From contig OZ316892.1 in the NCBI GenBank assembly GCA_973895155.1, positions 23,879,971 through 23,943,970 on the forward strand: a DNA stretch of 64,000 bases. Reading direction: 5' to 3'. Shown here in pieces: positions 62,627 to 64,000 of this stretch; within the stretch, counting starts at the first letter, position 1, and every line of letters begins with the position of its first letter. The notes beneath the pieces are model-generated. The model was given only the letters and a program-made list of their open reading frames with translations. It did not search any database and had not been told where the DNA came from. The position numbers were made by a program, and so were the translations under genes. The DNA is from Marsupella aquatica (lineage: Eukaryota; Plantae; Marchantiophyta).

Positions 62627-64000
62627 GCTTCCTTTACTCCGATATAAATACAGCCGCAGACAACGACAGACTCGAGATATGTGTATCTAGTTAGATAAGG
62701 ACTTAGGGGAGGATACCCTTGAAATCTTCTCCTAGTCTGCCTTCCCAAGGCAGTTTTTGACGATCGTAGGACGTCAGCTCCAGATCCATCCGCTCTTAAC
62801 AGTTAACTTTGTTGTCTTCCCCATCCCCAGAGAAATGTTTTAGACTTTGCTCAGTTTTCCACGGAAAGGAAGTTTTCCTTCTCCGGACAAGAGCACTTAC
62901 CCGGTACCTATTGCTGTTTCAAAAGCAGGGGAATATTTGGTACTCTTCCAGATCGACAGCTTGTCATGAAAGTGTCACCAACTTCAATGGACAATGGCTG
63001 GTGTCGAACCAGAAAACAAAGTTATGTAATATATAACTTGAGCAGGTTATCAAATATTATGTAAAAGTATATGTTATTCATTCTGGAGTTCAAACCTCTG
63101 AAATGCTCGAGGACGCCGGTGAGTGGAGTAGGATCTTAGTTTGGGACTTTATATGGCTGTGCTGAGTGGTTACCTCCGAGTTATTAGTTAGATACCTTTA
63201 ATTTTCATTCCATTGGAACCTGCAAAGATCAGAAGGAATCGTGGTATTAATAACAGTACTTACACCTTGGTGCCACTCATTTTGAAATTCATTGCAGTCA
63301 TGGGTGAGAAGTCACTTCCATAGCAATGGAAAGTCACAACTACAGCTGCAAACGAAGATTCTGATTTCACATTCTACCACCGGGACTACCACTCGAACTT
63401 AGTTACTGGTGAAATCTGGAAAAGTGAAGCGCTTCCACGTTTCGAAACACATTAGAAAACTCAAGGTCGAAAATCTACAAACAAAACTCCCCATGGCTCA
63501 CGTCCGTTTCCAGGCACTTATTACATGAGTAGCAGGACTTTATCGATGGAAAATTGGGAGGACGTCTTTCTGCCTTACCTCAAACTTTATTCGAGATAAT
63601 TTTGTGCCCTTCGTAGTAATCTCATGATGCAAAGAACATAAATGACGCTGTCGATGAGGACAGCTTTAGCCCAGGTGCTGGTCGCCCTGCAGGGGTAAAC
63701 TTGTGCGTATACTGGACTATCTGCACACATTTTCCCGCACATTTTCTCCTTCACACCATTGTAACGTCAGTTTTAGTACAGGATGCCAGTTTGCCCTCGA
63801 TGCTGTCCGCGCTAGTTCTAAATAGTAACAATGGGGGCATTTTATAGTTTATAAGGACATGTATTACTTGCATGAAAAATCCAGGAAACTGGGATGCACA
63901 GATTGCCATGAAGTAGGTTTTGTTCTGTGTCACACTAGCCCAAAAGCAACCTTCAAAATCTCAAAGATTTCCGTGAATTGAACATTTTGTGCATGAACTG

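Overview
Eukaryotic, intron-containing plant DNA (gene content suggests a land plant, possibly a bryophyte; this is inference). Bases 1-29 kb are a nest of transposons. A minus-strand Ty1/copia element (5' LTR 28131-28591) is split by two large DNA transposons that landed 72 bp apart. Element B (8634-24853, 16.2 kb, TIR CCCTGGCCCCTCAGTC, 8-bp TSD TCCAAAAA) encodes a decayed P-element-like DDE transposase, which is itself interrupted by a 4.3-kb TG..CA insert with a 5-bp TSD. Element A (<1-8561, terminus GTGAGACCCCCGAG) carries one large decayed multi-exon gene: ParB-like, beta-class DNA-methylase-like, repeat coiled coil, Ulp1 protease and three FCP1/NIF-like domains. Most of its introns carry an ACGCG-N6-CRCGT palindrome. 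Short non-autonomous relatives of both elements, with perfect 8-bp TSDs, occur at 43502-43798 and 48296-48960. Host-type genes are a frameshifted tandem kinase (30-32 kb), a nucleobase-ascorbate transporter (36.5-41.6 kb) and a PIRL LRR gene (58.5-62.6 kb). A Mutator-like element (~43.5-53.1 kb) carries DUF1917-like, F-box-like and RPA1-C-like cargo ORFs. All family assignments come from motifs read by eye; no database search was run.
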